Shown here: positions 13,133 to 26,400 of the stretch, piece after piece | Layout of the letters: each line of letters starts with the position of its first letter | Position numbering within the stretch: the first letter of the stretch is position 1 | Translations under genes and position numbers: made by a program | The notes under the pieces: generated by a model | What the model was told of the DNA's origin: nothing | Database searches by the model: none | Seen by the model: only the letters and a program-made list of their open reading frames with translations | NCBI GenBank assembly: GCA_973895155.1 | Contig: OZ316897.1 | Location: 20,339,224 to 20,403,223 of the forward strand | Length of the DNA: 64,000 bases | DNA from: Marsupella aquatica | Taxonomy: Eukaryota; Plantae; Marchantiophyta | Reading direction: 5' to 3'

Positions 13133-14812
13133 TCAAACATTGTTATCTACGAGCTTATAGTGAACATCACAATTGTTCTTTGGAGGTTGAATGAGCTCCA
13201 GTTCTTCGGTAGCTGATGTCTCGTCATACGAAACCCCAGGGTCGCTGGTTCTTACCTTGGGTTCCAACAACACTCTTTGAATATACAGCTCTGATGCTCC
13301 AAGGAAGAGGATGGGAGCAGTTACAGCTGACGCCTCCATCGCCACAGGATATGATAGTCCCAAGGCCACAAACAAGCCTGGAAATAATCTCAAAGACAAT
13401 ATGGCATATCTGCCAATACCAAAGTTCAACACCCGTTAGAATTCAAAAGATTTGAGTGTTCAACAAACGATCGAAATCTGCGGTACAAATCAACACTTCA
13501 ACACTCCACCAAACAATCAAATCTGCGGTACAGATCCTTCAGGAAAGTAAGGCGGGGACCTGATAAGGATGAACTGGAAACGAAGGTATTCACTCACCCT
13601 GTGGCAGCACCTCGAATCATGTACTGCTGATGGACTTGAAACTTCCTCTTCCTGGCCATCGTCACGGCAATGAAGAGAAAGTAGAGCATGACCACGCCTT
13701 GTAAAGTGAAGACAACCTGCGCCACGGGCCCAAACTCTGTGTTCGGGACAAGAAAGAAGGCCCCTGTGAAAGCGCTCACAACTCCCGCAGCCACGAAGAC
13801 ATAGCCGAGCACTCTGTGGATTGTGGGGAATTTCTTCCTGAACGATGGGCTGAATTGAAAGAGCCCCGTGCTGATGTAAAGTTCAGCTGCAACTGAATGA
13901 ATCTGAATGAACAAAATAACACTCATAAGCACCGGGTTTCATTGACAAGTACTCCTTGAATCACTGCTGATTTGCCATTAACTTGGGCAATGAATGTAAA
14001 GGAAACGAACTAGGCTACAGTGCTGAAGGCTGTCAAGCGCAAGGCTTAGTACTGACAATTTCTTTGATCTAGTAGAAGAAAACTGGACAACGAATCTCAA
14101 TGAAGAAACCGAATCATTCAACTGCGGCATTTGCATTCATTGACGTCCTTACACATCGGGCCTCGTCACACATGTATATATTTGTTGGACAGTCTCCGGA
14201 AATAAGAGAAATGCAGTGACTAGGCATGAGGAAAAATGCTCTAACAGAAACCAACTGTGCACTCCTATTGTTTAGTAGAGAGGACTGAGGACGTCACTGG
14301 AATAGCTTCCGGGTAATGGCTGCATGGATTCTGGTTTTATAGGACCTCATGACACAGCGGATTGAAGGGAAAAACCGATCAGTAGGAACGGCTGCTTAAT
14401 GTAGACGTCCATTAGAAAATTGGAATAGTGTCAGGAATGATTGAAAGACTTGTAACAACAGTAAAATCACCGTCATTACAAAATTAGGAAAATTTTGGTT
14501 CTCCAATGTGGTCATACACTCAGAAATTAGCCGAAGATCTAACAGTCTACCGCTTCCTAATCGAATCCAGCCGCTCGTCATACCCATCCTTTATGCCAGC
14601 TCGATTTACAATCTTACCTGCCATGCTCGGAGATTATGCAGAATATTGAGTCCTGCAATATCATGCTTCCCTTGAACCCAGGTCAGGGTTATCATTTTGT
14701 AAACCTCAAAATCCCCTTTCACGAACACGGCAGCATACAATGAAAAAGGAACAGACATAGCCAAAATTAGCCACCAGCCCGCTGCCCCCCAGGACGACGG
14801 TTTCGACCCCAT
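13133..14812 (-). CDS. DUF2306-like predicted membrane protein; 3 exons (14812-14618, 13902-13598, 13409-13133), 258 aa
   Basis: Canonical in-phase GT-AG introns. Several hydrophobic helices plus the motifs IHS..., FQF...RKKFPTIHRVLGYVF and HQQYMIR typical of DUF2306 proteins. Confidence 0.78.
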
Positions 14813-14824
14813 TGTTCACCGCCT

Positions 14825-14942
14825 ACTGAAATGCTATTACCCACCCAGCCAACTGTAGCTCATCCGTCTCTCAAGCTCGATTCACTGAAATGCTATTACC
14901 CACCCAGCCAACTGTAGCTCATCCGTCTCTCAAGCTCGATTC
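14825..14942. repeat. Perfect 59-bp tandem duplication immediately upstream of the DUF2306-like start codon
   Basis: actgaaatgctattacccacccagccaactgtagctcatccgtctctcaagctcgattc occurs at 14825 and again at 14884. Confidence 0.95.
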
Positions 14943-15995
14943 AGCCCACGACAATTGAGTGAAATGTTACCAGGCAAAGAGGCCCTAGCCCACCCACGAC
15001 CATCGAGTGAAATGTGTCAAGGCGAAGAATTAGAAGCCCAGGACAAACTCATACGCACTCGGAAGACTGTCAGCAAAATTCGTTCAATGCTTCAAGGCCA
15101 GAAATCGTTCTGGCCATATAAACCTTCACAGTTCACACCCAATACTAAAGTGTCCGCGTCTTACAGAAAAGACACAGACTTTTCTCTCTCTGCTTCAAGG
15201 CCACAGTTCGTTCTGCGCATGTACCTCAAAAGATATTTTTGATGCAACAGTAACACGAAACAGAGAGAAGCTTCGTTTTGCCAATAATATAAGCCTTGAA
15301 TCTCAGCTCTACTACTACTGTAGTACTCTACAGCCGGCTCCCTCTAACTGCAAATTCCTTGAGGGCAAAACTGATTTAGTGCAAGGCATCATGTTCTTCG
15401 CTTTTGTTTCACACTGAGTCTGCACTTTATTTGCACCATTTCTAAGCACCAATGGGCCTGGAATCATTTCGCTAAACAACAGCTCAATAAAAGCGCAAAA
15501 CCCTCCATAATTGCATTGTGTACTCTACGCACAATCCCATCAATTGCATCTACTAATAAGTGAGTACCTTCTCTTAGAGTAAAAATGCACTTATGGAGTT
15601 GGACACTGAATTTAGGGCAGAGAGGTACACTTTGTGTAACAAGTCATGAGACTGCTCTTTTGCAGAGGCGCCACTGATCGATGACTGCAAATATTGGGGG
15701 GTTGCACTTATCAAGGAATGCAAAAACTGGTTTAGTGCACACCGACCCATCTTCCCAAGAGTGTGCACTTAAAGAGAGTTAACTAGTTACTCATAACAAT
15801 ACACACAGTTTGCTCTCTTATTTCTCTTCATAAGTAGGTGGAAAATTTATGTCTAAGAGTGTTAATCGAGACTTTCTTGTATAAGGAACAATAAAAAAGC
15901 AGCATTAATAAGGTGTACTGTGGTAACCGTAAAGTGCCGACAAGCATGAGGTGTACTGTGCAAAGTGTTGGGTGCCCACACGAATAACTTGTAGT

Positions 15996-16390
15996 TTGCT
16001 ACCTCACAAGTGCCCACCAGTTGAGCTGATTTTCCATACCACCATAGACCCAATTATTATTTTATATATATCATTGAGTGTTGTTCTTGCTAGGTATCTG
16101 GCTGCTATTTTTCGATAGTAACTAAGTGCTGAGTGTCCACAGGAATAAGGTGCAGTGTGCTACCTGACAAGTGCCCTCAGATTGAACAGATTTTCCTTAC
16201 CACCATAAACCCAATTGTCATTTCATATCATTGAGTGTTGTTCCATCTACATATCAGTCAATACTTTTTATGCGAAATGTCAAGTGCCCATAGGAATAAG
16301 GTCTAGTGTGCTACATGACAAGTGCCTAGAGGTTGAATGGATTTCCATAGCACCATAAACCCATTTAATTTATATCATTGAGTGTTGGAC
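15996..16390. repeat. Three degenerate copies of a ~150-160-bp repeat
   Basis: tgctac..gacaagtgcc....ttga....gattt.c.ta.caccata.accca....tatcattgagtgttg recurs at about 15997, 16159 and 16309. Confidence 0.8.
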
Positions 16391-18181
16391 ATTCTATGTA
16401 TGTATCTGCTACTTTTTCGTATGAAACGTGTGATACAACAATGCGCATGATTGTGTCGTCATGTATTGTGGAGCTCTTCTGGGTCCCTCTTGGTCTTTGT
16501 GCGTATTTAATTTACCTGGTATTATATTGATTGACACTAACATAGTAGGGTGTGTCAAAGATGCTCCTGGCAACTGAACTACCAACTTTCCTGAGTAGGT
16601 CCAGAAGGAATATGGGCAAATTCTTATGGATCACTACCCCGCAAGAGTTGTCACAAGATGTTCCTGCAGCCCACAAGAGTTTTGAGGACAGAAGTTTGAG
16701 TCAATGCAAACACTTTGCAACAAATTAACCAGGGTTTGCCCAAGACGAGGAAAAAGTTTGATTCCCTCCGGACTTTCCTACCTGATAGAAAGCACGCACG
16801 ATGGCTTTATGACAAGCAATATGTGCTACCCATTGACACCCTCTAGTCAATCCACCTCTTGCCTCAAGGGCGGGTCCAGGCCACCAAACAGCTGGGGTTG
16901 AGGATGGCTTTACAAGACATGGGGGCTCTTGTGTGCCTTTGTCACAATAGCAAAGTGGAGGGCCACTTCTTGTTCTAAAGATAAAGTTGAGACCAGAAGT
17001 ATTTTGGAATGAGATTCAATAAATGCAACTCCCTTGAATGAATGAGGCAAAGTTTGGAACGTCTTGGGCCACCTTTGGAGGTGATCTTAATTTCTAGAGC
17101 ATATAGGCGTTGTCTTGGGCCCATTGTTTGCTATACAGGATCCATTTAGACATGATACCCAAATGGACCGTCCTTATTCTTGTAAAGTCCTAGACTCTAT
17201 GTAAACTAATGGAATATGCGTGATCAGGCCCTCTCTCTCTTTAATTCCATCTCCCCATAAAGATTTCCCTTGTCACCAATAAGAATTAGAGAAAATAACA
17301 AAATTGTTCAAAATGGATTTAGAATACCCTTTTGCTGAGGGCCCAAGGTTGTAAAGCCAACTGCAACTTTTTTTTCACTCATATATGATCCAGATTTAAT
17401 CTTAGAGGGAAGAAAGGAAGCAATTGTCCCCAAGACTTGTAAAGCTGGGTTGACAAGCATGTCTGTCAGTGCGGTTATTCAACTCTTTATTAATAGGGCA
17501 ATCTATGTCAAATCTGTGATTGCCAAAAAACCATGGGTATGAATAAAACCTCAGTAAGCACTTGCTGGCACTCTTCTCCACTTAGGATTGAGAGTACAAG
17601 GAACACCTAAATAGCCTGTAAATCCAACGCTGTCCAATGACATGAAACTTAGGGCTCCGATGAAAGGGCAGTGCATGTAGACAATCCTGAAAAACAAAGC
17701 CCTTTACATAACTGGTGGTGGCCACTAAGTGAGCAAGACATTCCCCTGACTGAGTGAGGCAGTCCTGACAACACTAATCTAGGACTTCAAAGGGCAAGGC
17801 ACGGAAACTTTCCGGCCTTTCACCCTCCCAACGTTTGATATTCAAATAAGACTACCACAAGCAGGTATTACATTTCATGCAGCCTCAATTTCTTGCATTA
17901 ATAGTTCCCTGTACACTATGCATTAATAGTTCCCTGTAAACTGGCTCCTTGGTGCTTTCAACACTTATTAGAGGGTAGGATCAAGTTGCTACAGCAGATC
18001 CTGATTTTTGCTAAAGTTTCACATTCTGAAGGACCACTTTCTGAAAGGCACATGCAAGACAGCCCTAAAGCAAATGTCATCTCATGTAAGGTGTTTTTCA
18101 ATGAGACTTTTTTTTCAATCAATGACATCTCAATAGCATGTCAAACCAAACCTGTCAAGTGATTTGTAACAAAGGGCTTTG

Positions 18182-18530
18182 TGTTGAGCATAGACGACAA
18201 TTACAACGACAAGCCCATGAACCATCCAACGCACAAGAGTCGACACAGAGAGATACTTGGTTCACCTCCACATGAGTCTACGTCCACGGGAACACACAAG
18301 AGCTTTACTGCACTCTAGGCCGACCGGCCATACCAAACATCCACAACACAAGCTCTCCCTATCTCTCAACTAACTCCGTAAGAATGAGCCTAAGTTCCCA
18401 CTCTCCAAGCAAACACCACTTGGTTATAGAGTGTGTACAACATGACTAACCTAACCGGCCAAGTCTGTGACTAAAGTTAGTCTTAACTCTGGTACAGTCG
18501 TAACTCTAGACCTAAGAGTAAATCCTAACA
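18182..18530 (-). mobile_element. Solo LTR (349 bp) of the same Copia family as the elements at 39-53 kb
   Basis: TGTTGAGCATAGACG...AAGAGTAAATCCTAACA matches both ends of the LTR at 46998-47508. It is flanked by the 5-bp TSD CTTTG (18177-18181 and 18531-18535). Confidence 0.92.
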
Positions 18531-20389
18531 CTTTGATGAAATCTAAGCAAATGTCACTTCACATAAACAAAGCGTCATTTCAAGGAAAAGAAAAAGCTAG
18601 CCTCATCTGACCATCATCCAGCCTTCTGTAGAAAGGAATTTGGGGGACCTTCTATACATACCAAGCTGCCAACATACAAAGAAGGCCAAACCAGGAGACA
18701 AGATCCCAATGGTGGAAGACCAAATAAAGGGGGGAAAGAGAAATAGAGAGAAACCCCAAAAAGACCAAAGAGGCCCCACAAACCCAGGAGTCACATCCAA
18801 CCCCAAAGGGCAAAATGCTCACAAAGGATAAGAGAAGACCTAAACCCTACTCACACGAGAATTGAAAAGCCTAGTAAAGCTATGGAGTATTAAGATAAAA
18901 CCAAAACCCTCCTCCTCTCCAGAAGATTGAAAAGCCTAGTAAAGTTATGGAGTAAACCCCATAGGAGGGTCACCTTCTCCTCTCCATTTATGATTAATAG
19001 TCTTTTTTTCTTCTAACAAATGACACCTCAATAGCAGGTGAAACCAAACCTTTCCAGTGACCCGAAACGAAGGGCTCTTATGAAATCTAATGCAGATGAC
19101 ATTTTATATAAAGCGTCGTTTCGAGGGAAAGAAAAAGCTCGAAACGAAGGGCCCCGATGAAATCTAAAGCAGATGGCATTTTATGTAAAGCTTCACCTGC
19201 TAGGGGATCGCAGTTGCAACCTCGGTGGATTGCTATGGCTTGGAGAACTCCATGATTGTAATAAGGAAAGGGCTTTTGAGCCAGTCAGGGATTTACCCTA
19301 CACTGCTGTTTATTCTTGCCAGAGCGAAGCAAAGGAGAAGGGACAGGGAGTGGAGCAGAAGCTAGCAGCGATGGTTTGATGGTCTGTGCATTCGAGATGT
19401 GCTTCCAGCGACTAGATCGATAATTTATGTTCGTGGATGAGTCTTTCTCTTGCTGTTATGTTCCTGTCCCTGTGTGGCGGAGCTGTAAGCGAATGAGGAA
19501 CGCGAAGAAGCTTCTTCAGTTACATTAGTCACCCCTTTCTGACCTGGCTGTTCAAATCAGTGGACGGGAGCTGCAGTCCCACTGTACATACTTGACATCT
19601 TGGTGGTCCCATTCCAGAACCGAGGGCGGCGGTGAATCGAGCCGTGAATCTGAAAGAAATCTGCTAGGGGTCGGTTAAGATTGAGCTTCGTGTTGTCTGC
19701 TCGAAGTCTAATGCTGTGGACGTCGTTCTTCAGGTACGCCAAATCGAACTTGCTCATCTAAGTGTGCAGGGTTCCTCTCGATCCTGGGATTAGATCTGCA
19801 GTCTTCCCATCGATAAACTTCTTGTGTTTTCTAATAGTCCACCATCTTGGAGTTCAGTCTACGTACAAAGCACTTTGTGTACCTTTGAGTGGTGTATCGC
19901 ACTTTTTGTATCATGTTCAGTAACTACGATGGGAAAACTAGTAGTCCTTAGCTTGGTCATCGGCTTGCGTGATCCGGGCTGCTTCTAATGGATCTTGGTG
20001 CAACGATGATACAAGTACGGTGCTGCGTCTCGGTTTGCAGCCGAGCATGCTTCTTTGGTGCCTCAATGTCAGTGAGTGCTACGGCATACAGGACTGGACA
20101 TTTCGAGAGAGCTTGTAGGGCTTGATGATCCGGACATTGAGACACTACGTCTGGGATCAAGTGCAGGCACTTGTTTGTTATGCATACCTCATGAAAGCAC
20201 AGCCTTGGTGCTTGTGAAGAATGTGTCCCAAGCACGTTCATATTTGGTCTCGAGAATACGGTTTAATTTGGTAGAAGATGGTAACTTGTTACCGGTTTGC
20301 CGACCATAACTGGATCTGTTGGAAAAACCGCAGGTTTAATCGATAAAGCCATATCCAGTTTAGTTCCTGTGGAAGATCGCGCAGGCAAA

Positions 20390-23300
20390 ATGTTGCATTG
20401 GTTTGTTTCTCGTTGCTGCTCATCTAAGTCTCCAGAAGCATCTGAATCGAAGACACGGAAATTCAATGCGCGTCAGGTATTGTCCAGTCCAGACCACGAG
20501 GACGCCCCTGCGAGAGATAGTGTGTTGAGTTCTATGTATCCGCATGGCTTGAATTTGACTTTCCGACAAAGAACAATCTGGATGATAAGATGCTATACGA
20601 AACTATGATTACATCCACAACCGGCTCACATTAAGTTCAGCCCAACTGAATGGTCATTGTGTCCTAGATTGGTAAAAGATTAACTTCCCGTTATTTGGTT
20701 GTGTTCCTTACTGCTTCAGCTGAACACATCCTTATACGAATTGTATAGCCCACCGAGCACACCAAGCATGGAAATCGTATTTTTCCATGGCTTTCAACAT
20801 GGGAACTACGATGAGGCACACCTTTTGACCTGGAGATGTGGAGATGGGTCTTCCATCTGGGCACAAACCTGGTTGGCGAAAGAGTTTTGTGATGCACGCA
20901 TTTTGACTGTCGCTTACAATGCTAGAGTGATGAAAAGTGGCGACAGTGAAAACTTTGATATGTATAATATGGGTGAAAACTTGATATCAGATCTGCTGGA
21001 TGCGAACATAGGGCAGGAGTCTTGTTGCCCAGTCATTTTGGTAGGCCACAGCTTTGGCGGCTTAGTGATTAAGGAAGTCTGCGTGTACGCAGCATCCGAG
21101 ATAGGCTTATTGGGGAGAAACTCCGACAGAAATGACAAGCTCAAATCGTTTTTAGAAAATGTTAAGGGGATGTTTTTTTATTCAACACCCCATCACGGGA
21201 TCGCAAACAACATAGCTGAACATTTTGTGGAGAAAGGTCCTTTACAGGCATACGTGAACATGCTTAGTAAGGTTGCAGAAAGACTTAATCACGATTTTGA
21301 CAAACTCTGCGGACAACGCGGCCAATATAAGAAGTGGGACATCGCAGGAGTTGGAGAAAGCCTTCCAACCGAACTGGTACGTTTTGAAACCCCCTTGGAA
21401 GGCTAATACATGGGCAGTCTTCGGAGAAAAGGTTGCAATTTTAGTGGAGTCCAACAGGGATAGGAGCCACTGACAATGGGAAATGAGATTATAATGCACA
21501 CTATCTTGGACCTCAAGCTTTGAATTTTGTGCATGTGGATACTTCTTAAACTTCCGGCCTTGATCTATGGAGCCAGTTGATCCCTGAAATTATTCTGCAA
21601 ACTTTATTGTGCACGCAAGCTCAGTATTATTTTCATTTCGGTGACACGAATGCTGTGAGTGACAGCTTCCAACAATTGAATTTGAGTTTTGCAAAAAAAC
21701 AATGGCAACATCTAGATGTTGAGTTTGCTTCTAAATGATGTTTTCTTGTTTGTTGGAATATCAATCAATTTCCCCGGGCCAGGCATAGAATTGTTGCTGC
21801 GGTTAGTCCACACAGCAAGCACTTCTGTGAGAATGATGCAAGGACTTAATAAGAAGTCTCCTAGAGAGTTTTCTACTTTAATGAATGGTAACATTGTTTC
21901 TGTGGTTATCTTGCGTGCAGGGTGGATTTCATGCTCTAGTCGTTGTAAAAGAAGCATCGTCAAGATTTGGTTCTGATTTCAACCTCGTGGACGGAGCAGA
22001 CCATATCTCAGTTTGTAGACCCATTAATGAAACATCTAGAAGTTTCTACGCCCTGAAGAACTTTCTTGGTCGTATCTCCAGTCATTCAAAGGTGGAGTAC
22101 ATTGAACTTCTGGTGAATTTCTGCTATGATCGTTTTTGCTAGACGTGCTCTTAATCTTTATCAGTTGTTGTCTACAATTTTTGGGTTGAACTTCTGGTGA
22201 TTTTCCACTATGACTCGTCGTTCTTGCTGTGCTCTTAATGTTAATTTAATTTGCCATCTACTAGTATTCAACGACTTCACTAGTGATGATGGGTATCTTG
22301 TCCACAGCCCCTGATTCATGCTCCGTTCTGTTAAAATGAGGTTAATGTCTGCGTCGACTGCCATCAACGCTAGAAAAGACAATGATGTCCATTAGCTGAT
22401 GAAAATTTGTCCCTTCTCAAGAGCACTAGGGTAATCATTATTGTTAAAAGTGAATGTTCTTGCTCAGAAGTTTTAATCTGTATTTTTTCCAGAAAAGCAG
22501 TCAACTACCTAGGTCTACTTCTTATTCTTTACAGTCTGGACAGATTATCTCAAACTTCAAATCGTGTTCCGCTTGTTCAAATCAAAGTCAAAGTTACGTC
22601 TATTGTAATCCTAGCATCGTATATTGCACAAGCCTCGTTTTCGGAAAGTCTTCCAGGCTTATAGAGACCTTCTGGTAGTACGTAAGTAGGAGACATTCAA
22701 TTGCATACAAATCTGGTAAGTGTTATTGCATGCGCCACATGAATTGACATAATCATATCTGAGTTGGCGTATCGTATCGATCATTCCAGGCAATGGTGTA
22801 TGGGCTCCCACATTACCCTACGGCTCTGGACAGGCGTGTTTTCAAGGTTCAACAGCAGTTAATAACTACTCCAGTTCTAGGAATTGTGGGTATGGGTGGC
22901 ATCGGGAAAACCACTATTGCTAAGGAGCTATTCAACAATATCTCTCCACAATATGAATACACATGTTTTGTGGAAAATGTCAAAGGCATGAAGGTGCACG
23001 AATTGAAGGACTGGGTACTCAACCAGTTTCTTCGGAAAGGAAATAGGGTGGACCTCAATTCGTTGCAATGGTCTCATCTTCAGAAGAAGAAGTCTCTGAT
23101 CGCGATGGACGATATTGACTCGGAAACTCAAGTCAAAATTCTGCCTAGAATGGCTGAGTTTGGCATTGGCAGTCGACTGATCTTTACCACTCGTGATAAG
23201 GGCGTTTTGAATATTTTTCCAAATTGTGCCATATATGACGTTGAATTGCTCAAGTCTAACGAGGCAAAGAAGCTCTTTTGCCATCATGCATTTCAGCAAG

Positions 23301-26300
23301 AAGGAATTCCGGAGGATCTTACCAAAGTGAATCGTCACTTGGAAGAAAGCGTGAAGGAAGTGGTTGACAAATGCGCCGGCTTACCATTGACGCTCGAAGT
23401 ACTGGGGTGCTATCTTCGGGACCACAAGACTAATGCTACGCTCTGGAAGGAGACAGTAGGCAAGCTGCGTAGAGCTGAATCTGTTGGTGGCCGTGATAAG
23501 GACAGAGTGTGGAGTTCACTGAGACTGAGCTATGATGCTCTATCCCTCGAAGAGCAAGGAATGTTCATCGAGGCTGGTACTTGTTTTTTTGAGGAGCCGG
23601 TAGAGACAGCCGTTGCTGCTTGGAGCACTGCTTTTGGAGATTCAGAATCCGGGTGGGCCAACTTGCTGAGGACGTCCATGGTGAAGGAAGTCGACAAAAC
23701 AAAATGGTCTGACACCTGGAAGAAGGAGATCACGTACAAGGAAGTGTGGGTGCACGAACACCTGCGTGATTTGGCCCGTCTTCTCTCCAATGGGCCAGTG
23801 GATGATCTCAATGGAAGAGCGGTAAGTACTGAACCAGAGACTTTGAGACCAAAATAAGTGTCGGTTATGTTTTAGTATGCAGTTTGATGAAATAAGTGCC
23901 GAGAGTTTGTAGAGTTTCTTGGAAGCGATAGATTCCCAATATATGTTTCTGAAAGATTTAAATTCCCAATTTAAGTCATGATTGTAATGCTATATGTGTT
24001 TTTGAATGAAGAGTCTAATATTTAATTCGATGCTTTGAGTACTGAACCTTTTTGGGACTAGAACGGTAATCTAACTTGTACTTTTTTGAACAGGTACAGA
24101 CAACTCGTCTGCAATTCTCGGATTTTATGTTTAAAAACCCCTCTCAAATGCCAAAGTTTCAGGAACTGAAGTATTTGCAGGTGTGGGATTTACCCGAAGG
24201 GTCCATCAACACCTTATCAACGAAGCTTTGCTTATTAAAATGCACTCCTCTTTCCAGCGGCGTCCTCCCTAACAGTGTGGAGGACATGACAAAACTAGCT
24301 GTCTTACAGCTTGAAGGTTGGACGATCACGGCGGAAAGTCTTAAGGCATTGGGGCAGCTCAGCAACCTGCGCATTTTATCGCTCTCTGATATATCCGGCC
24401 ATTCCCATTTGCCGGACAATTTTGGTCATCTGTACAAACTGAAACGGTTGGAACTGACTAACGTCAGCTGGACAGCACTGTGGCCTTCTTTCGGCAACCT
24501 AGCGGACCTCAAACATTTGCTCTTACGGCAGATGCCAGAACTTGTGGAGCTGCCGGAGGCTTTTGGGAATCTCTCTTCCCTGGCATCATTAGTCATTCGT
24601 GATTGTGGCAGGCTTGCAAGTTTGCCCGAATCGTTTGGGAGTCTCTCTTCCCTGGCATCATTAGTCATTCGTGGTTGCGAGGGGCTTGCAAGTCTCCCCG
24701 AATCGTTTGGGAGTCTCTCTTCCCTGGCATCATTAGTCATTCGTGATTGTGGGCGGCTTGCAAGGTTGCCCGAATCGTTTGGGAGTCTCTCTTCCCTGGC
24801 ATCATTAGAAATTCGTTATTGTGGCAGGCTTGCAAGTTTGCCCGAATCTTTTGGGAGTCTCTCTTCCCTGGCATCATTAGTCATTCGTTATTGTGGCAGG
24901 CTTGCAAGTTTGGCCGAATCGTTTGGGAGTCTCTCTTCCCTGGCATCATTAGTCATTCGTTATTGTGGCAGGCTTGCAAGTTTGCCCGAATCTTTTGGGA
25001 GTCTCTCTTCCCTGGCATCATTAGTCATTCATGGTTGCGAGGGGCTTGCAAGCATCCCCGAATCTTTTGGGAATCTCTCTTCCCTGGCAACATTAGACAT
25101 TCTTAAATGTGACGGGCTTGCAAGTCTGCTCGAATCCTTCGGGCACCTCTCCTCGCTGAAAGAGTTGCGCATCGCGGATTGCCGGAGGCTGAGCTGTCAA
25201 GAGCCTACAGAAGTGAGACAATTCGGACTGCATGAGAACTTATGTTCCCTCACATCTCTATCTCTAAAAGCGTGTGTCAGTCTAGAGAGGCTGCCTGCCA
25301 GTTTTGAGAGTCTTTTGTCCTTGCAAGAACTTAACCTGTTTAATTGTCCGCAACTAAAGACGCTGCCGGAAAGTATTGGCCAATCCAGGGCTCTGACAAG
25401 CTTGAAGATAGAAGGGGCAGAGAACCTGGAGGGCCTACCTGAAAGCTTTGGGAATTTATTTGCCCTCACATATTTGCATCTCGATGGCTGTGAGCGTCTT
25501 GGAAGGTTGCCGGCGAGTTTCGGGAATCTCTCGGCCTTGGAAAACTTAGAACTACTAAACTGCTCCAACTTACAGAGGTTACCTGCCAATTTCGGCCAAC
25601 TCAGGGCTCTTGAACAATTGACCATACGAGCGGCCTGGGAGCTGGAGGCGCTATCCGATGAATTTGGGAATTTAGTCTCGCTGGTGTCGCTGAATCTGTC
25701 TAACTGTCCAAGTCTTGTGAGACTGCCCGAGAGTTTTGGTCGTCTCTCTGCCCTGCAAGAACTGAAGTTGGGCGGCTGCAGCAAATTGGCAAGATTGCCA
25801 GATAATTTCGGCCAACTCTCGGCTCTGAAGACGTTAAGGATAAACGCGGCTGACGAGCTTGAGGAGCTACCGGACAGTTTGGGGAACTTATCTTCACTGG
25901 AAGATTTGCATATACTTGCGGGTAGGTTGCAACGAGTCCCGGTGAGCATAGGGCGGCTTCAAGCGCTGAAGGAACTGACTGTTCGGGCGAATATGCTGGA
26001 GAGTTTACCGGAAGAACTTGGTAACCTTGGGTCTCTAGAAATCCTTCGGGTGTGTAATTGTGGAAATGTAGAGACCCTTCCGGACAGTTTAGGGCGCATG
26101 TCATCCCTGAGACTCGTGATACTTCAGAAATGCACCTTGATGAGTGTACCCGATAGGTTGGGAAGGAACTTCTGGCCTCATGGAGACAGAAGCACTGAGA
26201 CGAGAAGAGCGGCAGCACCGGAGCATTCCTGCCAAATAGCACCGACGGAGGCATTCGGGCTAAATGTTGATATGTGTCATTTCCTTTCTGACTCGGTACT

Positions 26301-26400
26301 GCAAGAATTGGGCTGGATTCAGTCCGATGAAAAGTATTTTGGTCGTGAAGGTGAATCGCTTTTTGGAAAGTGGTACCGGCGAAAATGCCATTGTGAATGA
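20390..26400 (+). CDS. alpha/beta-hydrolase-NB-ARC-LRR (HNL) immune receptor, copy 1, intact. Exons 20390-20476, 20720-21376, 21921-22091, 22790-23821, 24094-26400; about 1417 aa.
   Basis: Hydrolase motifs FFHG, GHSFGG and DHISVCRP. NB-ARC motifs: P-loop GMGGIGKTT, Walker B LIAMDD, GSRLIFTTRD, GLPL and VHEHLRD. Followed by 24-aa plant NLR LRRs. All introns are phase 0 GT-AG and conserved with copy 2. Confidence 0.9.
24562..25137 (+). repeat. Eight in-frame 72-bp tandem repeats (24-aa LRRs), seven of them nearly identical
   Basis: The unit FGSLSSLASLVIRxCxxLASLPES repeats with an exact 72-nt period. Confidence 0.95.
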
